Program-made: the position numbers and the translations under genes
Shown here: one piece after another, positions 1 through 9,100 of the stretch
Layout: each line of letters begins with the position of its first letter
Numbering within the stretch: position 1 is the first letter of the stretch
Notes under the pieces: generated by a model
What the model saw: the letters and a program-made list of their open reading frames with translations, nothing else
Databases searched by the model: none
Told to the model about the DNA's origin: nothing
Virus record (IMG/VR): IMGVR_UViG_3300026549_001031
Reading direction: 5' to 3' (one strand)
DNA length: 64,000 bases
Source of the DNA: a virus
Lineage: Duplodnaviria; Heunggongvirae; Uroviricota; Caudoviricetes

Positions 1-654
1 GATGACTACAATAAGTCATATATTGATTCATTGCAGTCAGCAACTAACTTAGAGGCAGAGTCAGCTAATGTTTCTAAGGTAAACAGCTATATTCAAAAGA
101 TTGCATCAGTTCTGGTACAGGTAATTTCATATTTTATTATAGCATTCCTTGTAGTTAGAATCTTGCTTGATATTTGTTATATAGTACTTCCATTTACCAG
201 AAAGTTCCTTGCCAATGGATATCAAGGACAGCCTTCTCAGGGTCAACCTGGAATGGGTGGCATGGGCATGAACGGCGGCATGGGCATGGGCGGCTTCGGC
301 GGCGGCATGGGCATGGGAGGTTACGGTAGTAGTTATGGTCGCATGGGTGGCATGGGAATGTCAGGCATGGGCGGCATGGGTGGTATGGGAGGAATGCAGG
401 GACAAGGAATGGCACCTGCAGGACGTGTTCAGCTTGTGTCAGAGGCAGCCTTAAATGCAGCAGCTCCTGGTAATATGGGAGAAGATGGTAGACCTGTGTC
501 AGCATTGAAAGTTTATGCTAAAGACATGATGACAACATTGATCTTGACACCTATTCTATTAGTACTTGCTATATCAGGTGTAATATCTAAGCTTGGTTTC
601 CTTATTGGATACGTTATAGCAAAAGCAGTTTCTTCTTTAGGCAACATGTTTTAG
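1..654 (+). CDS. 5'-truncated membrane protein, DxxYIxxPxxR paralogue family, with Gly/Met-rich loop
   Basis: Frame is open from base 1 (TTG at 31 has no SD); two hydrophobic blocks; motif LLDICYIVLPFTR shared with ORFs 2050 and 2928. Confidence 0.8.
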   Translation, partial: DDYNKSYIDSLQSATNLEAESANVSKVNSYIQKIASVLVQVISYFIIAFLVVRILLDICYIVLPFTRKFLANGYQGQPSQGQPGMGGMGMNGGMGMGGFGGGMGMGGYGSSYGRMGGMGMSGMGGMGGMGGMQGQGMAPAGRVQLVSEAALNAAAPGNMGEDGRPVSALKVYAKDMMTTLILTPILLVLAISGVISKLGFLIGYVIAKAVSSLGNMF

Positions 655-671
655 AATGGAGCTAACAGGAT

Positions 672-995
672 ATGAGTAGAACTAGCGAGGTATTAAAAAA
701 TAAGAACAAGGTAGAAAAAGCTAGAAGAGCTCGTAGAAAGAATGAAATAAACTCATTACGCAGCATCTCAGCTTTTAAAGCTAAGCTTTATGACGAATTG
801 AAACACATTGAGGTAATTTTACAAGATGAAAATATTGAATCAGTAATCATATATGTGCCTGATAGGTACATGGCTCAATTCAGTAATGCAATATATTCAG
901 AAGATTTAGCTAGTTATGAAGTAATTCAGGATACAGAAAGTAGTAAAGAGGGCACAAATAGGTTCTTCATTCAGAAGAGATATGTTGCTTTCTAG
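672..995 (+). CDS. Hypothetical protein, basic N-terminus
   Basis: 107-aa ORF, GGAG SD upstream, operonic spacing. Confidence 0.75.
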   Translation: MSRTSEVLKNKNKVEKARRARRKNEINSLRSISAFKAKLYDELKHIEVILQDENIESVIIYVPDRYMAQFSNAIYSEDLASYEVIQDTESSKEGTNRFFIQKRYVAF

Positions 996-1013
996 TTTAA
1001 GGAGGACAGACAG

Positions 1014-1406
1014 ATGTCAAAAAATATGAGTTTGCATGACAGATATGCAGAGGTTTCAGAATTGTCTGGTATATCAGAAGAGGTAATCAGAAGAGTTTAT
1101 AAGGCTACACGTACAAGTTTAGTCTCATCACTTACAAGAGGGGAGAAGGCAACATTGCCTGGAATTTGTACAATCAATGCTAGTGTAAGAAATAGAATCA
1201 ACATTGGTGGAGAACAGGAGTCTTATATAAAATTGAAAGCAACACCATCAAGTGCTCTGGCTACAGAGCTTGATAAGCTTTCAGGATTTGAGAGTGCAGA
1301 AGAAAAAGAAGCAGAGCAGAGAGAAGAGGAAGAGAGACTTAAGATTTTGAATATTAAGCAACCTGTTATTACAGTAAGGACTAAGCAGATAAATGCACTG
1401 CTTTAG
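1014..1406 (+). CDS. HU/IHF-like DNA-binding protein
   Basis: EVSELSGISEEVIRRVY...LTRGEKATLPGICTI...KATPSSAL follows the HU helix-helix/beta-arm pattern; AAGGAGG SD. Confidence 0.65.
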   Translation: MSKNMSLHDRYAEVSELSGISEEVIRRVYKATRTSLVSSLTRGEKATLPGICTINASVRNRINIGGEQESYIKLKATPSSALATELDKLSGFESAEEKEAEQREEEERLKILNIKQPVITVRTKQINALL

Positions 1407-1422
1407 TAATTAGGTGTAAGAC

Positions 1423-2034
1423 ATGACAGGTCCAACTCATAGACAATATTCAATTTGCTTTGCTTGTTTAGCAGCGATGCTCTTCTTCACAATGGGTATA
1501 TCACATGTAAATTACTATTTAGCACTGCCTATTCTGTTATCTGCATCAAGAGCAGGGGCTTTGTTTCCTGATGTTGATCACAATTGGCAGAATGTTTCTG
1601 ATAAGACAGTGATAAATAAGATTATTAACACCTTAATTCATTTGACAGGTGGAAAACATAGGAGTTGGCAGACACATAGTATTGATATATGTGCTTGGTT
1701 TACAATTATTTCCTACATTATACCGAATAGATTATATCACGCAGGTATTTTGTCAGCAGTAAATAGAGAAGTGGCAACACTCTTACTTTTAGGGTTCAGC
1801 TCTGGTTGGATAAGTCACATATTTGCTGATATGTTGAACGGCGTAGGTGTTAGATTAGTATGCTGGAATAAATTGCATGTGGCATTTGTTCCTAGACAGT
1901 TGTTTGGATTGAGGTTCAACACTGGGCACGAGTGGGAGAACTTTAATTATAAATTAATGAGGATAATTAACGTGATTCTTGGGTGTATTTGTTTAATATA
2001 CCCTCTGATTGTCAAGGGATACATACATTTTTAA
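1423..2034 (+). CDS. Membrane metal-dependent hydrolase (YdjM / LexA-binding family)
   Basis: Motifs MTGPTH, GALFPDVDH, HRSWQTHS, SHIFADML.G.GV plus TM helices. Confidence 0.85.
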   Translation: MTGPTHRQYSICFACLAAMLFFTMGISHVNYYLALPILLSASRAGALFPDVDHNWQNVSDKTVINKIINTLIHLTGGKHRSWQTHSIDICAWFTIISYIIPNRLYHAGILSAVNREVATLLLLGFSSGWISHIFADMLNGVGVRLVCWNKLHVAFVPRQLFGLRFNTGHEWENFNYKLMRIINVILGCICLIYPLIVKGYIHF

Positions 2035-2049
2035 GGAGGTATCATTATT

Positions 2050-2907
2050 ATGAAAAAGAATATGAGACTAAAAGCAGTGCTTATATTGTTAACAGCAATG
2101 CTTATGTGCTTTGGGTCATCAGTAACAGCTTTTGCACATGGTGTAGGCAGAAGTAGTGCAGGAACAAGCAGTAGCGTTGGTACAGACACTACAATTTCTA
2201 GTTATCTTGGTAACATAGACAACTATAATGATATTGACAGGGATTTAAAACAAAAGATTAAGAGAAACTATAGCACAGGTTACAAAGCATATAGTCTAAA
2301 AGATGGTACAACAGTTTATATTGCACCAGGCAATGAAACTAATGTAAGCTCTACAATTAATAACCTTAACAGTAAGGCAGCGGCTGATCAATCTGCAGCA
2401 AATGAGCAGTATGTGCAAAGGCAGGATAGGGCAGCAACAGACCTTGGACAAATATCAGTTACACCTGATATTAAAAAAGCAAATAATATGTTAAGCGGTT
2501 TCATGCCATTGTTAGACATGATTGTATCAGTAGTAATTGTAGGTGTTACATTAGGCATGACACTGTTTACAGCTTTTGATATTTGTTACATTGAATTTCC
2601 TATCTTCAGGAATAAATGTGAGGATGCTAAGGCAAGTGGAAACAAGATGATGACACGTACAGACTCTAAGACAGGCGAGACTAAGCTTAGAATTGTAACT
2701 GATGAAGCACAGTATGCAATTCAGGCAGCAGATACAATTCAATCTGGACAGAATCCATTAGTCATTTACTTTAAGAAGAGATTCGTGGCAATTCTTCTTT
2801 TGGCAATTGTATTGTTCATCCTGCTTACAGGAAATATGTCCGTATTCTCCAAGATTGCACTCAAACTTGTTAGTGGTATCATTAGCATCATTCAGAGTTA
2901 CTCTTAA
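2050..2907 (+). CDS. Exported membrane protein, DxxYIxxPxxR paralogue family (possible pilin-like transfer subunit)
   Basis: Signal peptide ending TAFA; AFDICYIEFPIFR; C-terminal TM hairpin; AAGGAGG SD. Confidence 0.75.
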   Translation: MKKNMRLKAVLILLTAMLMCFGSSVTAFAHGVGRSSAGTSSSVGTDTTISSYLGNIDNYNDIDRDLKQKIKRNYSTGYKAYSLKDGTTVYIAPGNETNVSSTINNLNSKAAADQSAANEQYVQRQDRAATDLGQISVTPDIKKANNMLSGFMPLLDMIVSVVIVGVTLGMTLFTAFDICYIEFPIFRNKCEDAKASGNKMMTRTDSKTGETKLRIVTDEAQYAIQAADTIQSGQNPLVIYFKKRFVAILLLAIVLFILLTGNMSVFSKIALKLVSGIISIIQSYS

Positions 2908-2927
2908 AAGGCAGGTGCAAATAGCTT

Positions 2928-3404
2928 ATGGACGTACAAAGTATAATTGATTCCATTAGTGAGAAGGCACAGTCTGATGGAAGTATTGACAGAATACGTT
3001 TCATTGAGCAAACGGACAATATACAACAGATTGCTAACTTCTTGTATGGGTTTGTAACCACAATAATATTACTAGTTGTGCCTCTAGTAATTGCCTTGGA
3101 GGTCATTTATATTTGCTTTCCTTTTATAAGAGATAAATTTGATAAATTACTTATTAAAGTAGAGAGCAAGGGCACTGCAAAGAAAGTGATTGGCTTAGCA
3201 TTAAGAGATGCCAAAGCAGCAGTGTATAAAGCGAATACAACACAAACTGGAGAGTCTGCATTGTATTTATACTTAATCATTAAGTGTAAATCAATGATGT
3301 TCATAATGTTTATCATCTGCATGGTTCTGAAAGGAACAACACCTATTATAATATGGGTATGGCAGATGATTAAGAACATACTTGCTAACATTTGGACATT
3401 CTAA
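2928..3404 (+). CDS. Membrane protein, DxxYIxxPxxR paralogue family
   Basis: ALEVIYICFPFIR; two hydrophobic segments. Confidence 0.75.
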   Translation: MDVQSIIDSISEKAQSDGSIDRIRFIEQTDNIQQIANFLYGFVTTIILLVVPLVIALEVIYICFPFIRDKFDKLLIKVESKGTAKKVIGLALRDAKAAVYKANTTQTGESALYLYLIIKCKSMMFIMFIICMVLKGTTPIIIWVWQMIKNILANIWTF

Positions 3405-3416
3405 ATAGACTCACAC

Positions 3417-3465
3417 ATAGATGCATCTACTTTACATTAAGTAAGTGGATGCATCTATTTTTTTT
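3417..3465 (+). terminator. Rho-independent terminator
   Basis: ATAGATGCATCTACTT / AAGTGGATGCATCTAT stem followed by T-run. Confidence 0.8.
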
Positions 3466-3478
3466 GCAGGAGGTAGAA

Positions 3479-6139
3479 ATGGGTAAGCTTAAAAAATTGT
3501 TTATAACAGGTTTAATATGTATGGGTGCACTTGGAGTTACAGGATGTACAAATACAGACTTGATGACATCAGCTAAAAATAATTTAAGTACCTCTATTTC
3601 AGATAGGGGTACAGTAAATAAGGAGTATGCTGACCAGTTATACGAGGAGGGTATACTCACAAAAAGTGATAGGGATGCAATAAAAAAGTCTATTAACACT
3701 GTAGTAAAGACATACACAAAAGGTATTGAAAAGTTGGATGAGAAAGATGCATCCGAGAAAGATGCAATGAGCGTATTAAATACCGTGGCTAAGGCAGTAA
3801 GTGATTATACATTGGCTGGTAATGGAAAACCTTCCTATATAGTACAGAGTAATGACAATGGATCATCTACACGGTTAGATTGGCATTCTAATGCTAAGGA
3901 AGAAGGTGGTGGACACTATTGTCCTAAAAATGAGAATGATGAATTTACATGTAGTCCTAAAGTACACCTGATAATGGTAAATAATTATAAGAAAGAACTT
4001 AAAGCAAACTATACAGACTCTTATGTAATGAGTGATTACATTGAGGCATCCTTCTGGGGAGGTAGATGGAAAGGCAATCCTAAGTTAAGTAAACCTAAGA
4101 TTAAAGATGATGGTACATTGAAATATGGAAAAGACAAGAACAATTATGTAGATCCTATCAAGTTTTTAAGTACATCACAGGTAAAACAGCTTAACACAAT
4201 TTCAAAAGTTCAGCTTTGCGTATTAAAATCTAGCATTACAGAAGGTACATTGAATAATGATGATAAAAGCGTACCATCAATTGATGGTGTCTCTGAAATT
4301 ATTAAAAAGACAATAGATAGTTACAAAGATAACAGTATAGATTCAACTAAAGCAGCATCCATTTTGAAAAATTACTTTACAGATGTTAAGGTAGATGATA
4401 AACCTGTATACCTCATAAACAATGAGGAAAAAGGGATGAAGAAGTATAGGCTTGTAGATGTATCAAAGAATAATGATGGTTCACATACTGGCGTAGGGTA
4501 TGATCAGATAGTACCAGATAAAGAATTAACAGATGCATTGCACATATGCTATTTGGAGTTTAATGGGGACTTCCTTGAGAATATGAAGTCATTAGGTTTG
4601 GAGACAACACGTATGTTTCTTCTGAAAGATGGTTCAGCTTGGAAAGCATACCTTATGGAATATCCATTATACACTATTGATGAAATATCAGACACAGGTA
4701 AGAATAATAAGGTCAAAGCTACTTTTAAGAAGTCAGGTTTAGGAGTTAACTTATACACTCAGAAATGGATTAAATACCCTATTAAAAATGGTAGTTATGA
4801 CTATGAGAGTGGTGCAGAGACAAATGTGAAAACTGGATACCTTACATTAGCAGGTGCTAGCAATAATAATGCTACAGGCCAGGCATCAGTTTTACTGAAG
4901 GGTTCAGGTACAAATTATATAGTAGACGGGGCAGGTGTAAAGAGAAGCTTTTTAACAGGAAGATTGATCTTGCAAGATTATTTGGAGGCAACTTATGCAC
5001 CTGGATATACAGATGATGAAAATCTTGTTTGTTTTGGTAGAAAGATGAGAGTTAAGATGACTAACTCTAATTTCTTTAAGGATAAGAATGCACCTAAGAC
5101 ATCTATTAAAGATGATAAGACAGGTGTAACTTCTGAAAAGACAACTGTAAATTACAAGTTTATCAAGGATGAATCTTGTATAACATTTGTAGATCAAAAG
5201 GGCAAGCAAATAGAGAACTCACCTAGTTTGGGTATTACAGACTTGTGTGATGCTAGTGCATTGGACAATTCAGATTATACAAAAGCAACAGTAATAAGCA
5301 TAGTTCCGAATGGAATGAAGCCTGAACATGTAAATGCATCATTTCAACAGGATTCATTACCTAATGAAAATGAGTTGGAATCATATAAAATTGATGATAA
5401 GGGTGCAAAGATAGGTAGTAAGAGCATTACATCAATAAAACCTGCAATAATGTTTCCTGGTAGTTCAATTGATAATGGAGACTATACATCTGATTCCCCT
5501 AAAATACAGAGGTTTTATTGCTTAACTACAACTAAAGGTTTGTTTGACTCAGGTTTGTTTAGTGACTGGATAAATAGTTCTGCATCAACTTGTTCCTTGG
5601 ATTGGTGGAATAAGTTCCTTTCAAAGAATGGATATACATATAAACTTGATCATAATGACATAAATGATTATGTGAGTGGCAATTACAGTTATGAGATAAG
5701 TGAAAATGGTATTGTAGTACTAGACTTAAATGTTGTTGCAGCTATACAGAAGCAGTACAATAAAGAGGCAGATGCTAACAGAGTTATGGCTATAAGGACA
5801 GCATTTAAGGTAATAGGTTATATACTAATAATTTTTAGTATGTTTCTAATGTTGCTTTGGATTGTAGATACAAACATTGATGTTGGTGTTGGTTTCTTAA
5901 ATAAAGTAAGTTTTGGACATTGGCAAGCAGTTAAATACCCTGAAGATATACCTGAAGGCAGCCTGGGAGATGTGGAGTACATGACAGCAGGCAAATTGTT
6001 TATGAGGTGTTTGGTGATTATATCATTGGGTATTTTGCTAATACTTGTAAATGTGTTCGATATAGTTGAAGTACTTCTTAGGTTGTTTGGACCAATAGCA
6101 TTAGCATTAGAAGACTTAATCTCAGGAATGAGAGAATAA
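3479..6139 (+). CDS. Large lipoprotein with C-terminal membrane segments (transfer-region protein)
   Basis: Likely start ATG 3479 after AGGAGG (track start 3392 would span the terminator); lipobox GALGVTG-C; two C-terminal hydrophobic regions. Confidence 0.8.
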   Translation: MGKLKKLFITGLICMGALGVTGCTNTDLMTSAKNNLSTSISDRGTVNKEYADQLYEEGILTKSDRDAIKKSINTVVKTYTKGIEKLDEKDASEKDAMSVLNTVAKAVSDYTLAGNGKPSYIVQSNDNGSSTRLDWHSNAKEEGGGHYCPKNENDEFTCSPKVHLIMVNNYKKELKANYTDSYVMSDYIEASFWGGRWKGNPKLSKPKIKDDGTLKYGKDKNNYVDPIKFLSTSQVKQLNTISKVQLCVLKSSITEGTLNNDDKSVPSIDGVSEIIKKTIDSYKDNSIDSTKAASILKNYFTDVKVDDKPVYLINNEEKGMKKYRLVDVSKNNDGSHTGVGYDQIVPDKELTDALHICYLEFNGDFLENMKSLGLETTRMFLLKDGSAWKAYLMEYPLYTIDEISDTGKNNKVKATFKKSGLGVNLYTQKWIKYPIKNGSYDYESGAETNVKTGYLTLAGASNNNATGQASVLLKGSGTNYIVDGAGVKRSFLTGRLILQDYLEATYAPGYTDDENLVCFGRKMRVKMTNSNFFKDKNAPKTSIKDDKTGVTSEKTTVNYKFIKDESCITFVDQKGKQIENSPSLGITDLCDASALDNSDYTKATVISIVPNGMKPEHVNASFQQDSLPNENELESYKIDDKGAKIGSKSITSIKPAIMFPGSSIDNGDYTSDSPKIQRFYCLTTTKGLFDSGLFSDWINSSASTCSLDWWNKFLSKNGYTYKLDHNDINDYVSGNYSYEISENGIVVLDLNVVAAIQKQYNKEADANRVMAIRTAFKVIGYILIIFSMFLMLLWIVDTNIDVGVGFLNKVSFGHWQAVKYPEDIPEGSLGDVEYMTAGKLFMRCLVIISLGILLILVNVFDIVEVLLRLFGPIALALEDLISGMRE

Positions 6140-6162
6140 TCATTTATGAAAGGATAGGAACA

Positions 6163-9100
6163 ATGAAAAAAGCTAAAGTACTCTTAAAAAGAATAGTGGC
6201 TGTTGCATTGTGTGTATGCTCTATTAGTTCAGCAGTAATTGCATCAATACCAGTTGCTAAAGCAAGTGGAACTTCAATACTAGGCACTAATGAAGCATTG
6301 GGGTCGCCTGTCTTAAATAACAACTTCCTCTTGGAAGATTGGAACAAATGGGAAATGGTTTGTTGGGGCGTGTTTTTAAGTAACTTCTGTCAGCCTTTGA
6401 TTGATGACTATCAGTCAGCATTTCAAACTACAGGTACAGGAAGTAACGGAGCAGGATATAAAGCTTTATGCTTTGGTAGTGGCAGTGATCAGACAAATAA
6501 TGAGACTATTGAAAAGCTTTGCAATTATGCAATAGCACAGTCTCAGGCTGGTAACAACACTGTTTATGTAGCTTATACAAAGTTGAAGAAAACAAAACAG
6601 CCTGATGGAACAGAGGTTGGACAGCTTGGAAAAAAGAAAGATCCTAATAAGGATGATAAGGTAGTGAGACAGGCACACTTCAAGGATTTCTTCTTCCAGA
6701 TGGAAGAGGATGATGGCACTACAGATGATGCTGATGCAAGTACAGATCCTAATTCATCATCTGGTACAAGTGGATCAACAACACAGGATGATTCAACTTG
6801 GGCTAATTCAAATGACACAACATATCCTTCCGGTACATTGAAAGAATATCAATTAGATCAGTATAATAAATTAGCAATGCTAAAAGAGGGAAAAGTACCT
6901 ACCTTTTATATTAAGAATACAGAGGGTAAATATGTTAAGCTTTTAGATTATACAAATCCTTGGGATGTGCAGATGATATCATTGATGATGAATGCTGTAC
7001 GTAATTCAGATTATAAAAAGACATTTGTAAAAAACTTTGAGAGTTATTGGAGTACTAACCCTGTTGTGACAGCAGATCCATTTGCGAATATAATGGTCAG
7101 CAAGAAAATGTTAATTCCTGCATGCGTAAATCAGAATATTACAACTGATAAACAGGTAAATATCATTAACTCTTGGGTAATGAATCATTACACAAATACA
7201 TATACAGATCAGCAAATTCTGCTAGGGCTTAGACAAAATAACAATGCTACACTTGGTACAAGAAATCTGTTGTTTGAGCCTTATCAAGCAGGATATCCTG
7301 CATTGGGAGAGACAAACATAGGTAGCATAGCATTGATGTACTACGATACAGACACTATAGTTGCTCAGTCATACTTAAATAGTAATAAGGTACCCGAGTA
7401 TGGTAATACCTTATTGACATTGTTTGGACAAAATGCAACTAAAAATAAGCACAAGTACACTCCTAAAATTGAGATTGCAGGCAATGGGGCACGTACAAAG
7501 AAATGGTTTCAGTCTACAACAGATACAGATGCAGTCATAACTAATACATTATATGTTTGTAGTTTATTACCTAATGTGCTCAAGTATAAAGATACAAACA
7601 TTATCAACTATATTGAGGACTTTCAGGGTAATAAAGTAAAACTTATGTCAGATAATCCTGTTGCAATTCCGATTCAGATGCTTACATCTACTGTCAACAA
7701 CGAAAATAAAAAAGGTACTAATCAAGGAGCAGTAAGAAATTTCTATAATACATTGTATCAGGCATATGCAGGTAAGTTAAAGTATTCTGCAGACATGGAT
7801 AGTGATGGTAAGATGGATAAAACATCAATCACTGATGAATTAACAGATACAACATTTGAGGACTTTAAGAATAAAGTAGTAGAGGACAGATTGTTTAAGA
7901 AGTTTAAGAAAATTGATACCCGTTATAAAAAAGTGGGTAATCTTGCTGGGATGTGGAGAGAGTTCTTTGACTATGGTAATGATGAGACATTCAATGATGA
8001 TCATAATAGGGTAATTCTAGCATATCCTGTTTCTGATGTAATGAAAAACGTCAGCAATGTGTTGGGTATAGAGGACGGTACGGAATTTAGTGTGTACTCA
8101 ACAATGATTTATATGACCTACTTAAATTGGTATGGAATCACTAGTACTAACACAATGGCAACAGGTACAGAAAAGACAAGTAAGTTTAGTACAGATATAT
8201 ACAGTGATAACCTTGATATTTTGAAATATGATCCTAGTGCTGATATCAATGCTAAATCAGAAGAGGACATGGAAAAAGAGGTATTACAGTATGGATATTT
8301 AATGTTACATCCTGAAGATGGTAGGTCATATAGAAAGACAATGGCACTAAATGGTTTAGCAGACTGGATGTATGAGGAATACAATAGAATTTGTTATGGT
8401 GGTTCTGATAGCACTTACAATGGTACAGCATCAAGAAGTAATTCAGGCTTCTTAGCAGTTCAGTCATACAAGGAGAATTTCTTAACTAAACCTGTATTAA
8501 ATGCTTATGCTAACTTCTCTGTTTGGGCGATTGCAATATGTGCTATACTGATTGTCTTGGTGGGTATACTAAAACATAGAAAAGCAACTTGGTACTTATT
8601 GAGTTTTATGTTTGCATTTAATGCAATATTGTTGGTACCTGCTTCGGGAGATATAGTACCTTATATTACATCGAACTTCGTTCAGAATATGTTTAGCAGC
8701 AAGATGACTTATTGGTCAATCAGTCAGGGAATAACAAATGCAGCGGCTGAAAAAGAAGCAGCATCTGGAACTTTGGATTCTAGTTCAGACCTGACCAGTG
8801 AGGAGGCTCAAGAGGTCGTTAAATTAGTAAAACAGCTCAATAATGTTTATACTGATAGGTCACTAATGGTTAAGCAAGACATATCACAAAAAGTTACTCA
8901 AAAAGTTTCATCTTCATATTCAAGCATTCAGCAGTTGCAATCAGCAAGATGGTTATTACCTATGGTCATGCAACAGTTTACTGGAGACAAGGGTAATGAG
9001 GAGAATTACATTTATAAATCATTATCTAACATATGGGATGATATGTCAAACTTCTATTGGTATTACAAACCTCAAGATGCTACATTTACAAATGCATCAT

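Noticed and set aside
3392-3478. N-terminal 29-aa extension of the 915-aa ORF
   Set aside because: Overlaps the previous gene and spans a terminator; the SD and lipoprotein signal point to ATG 3479
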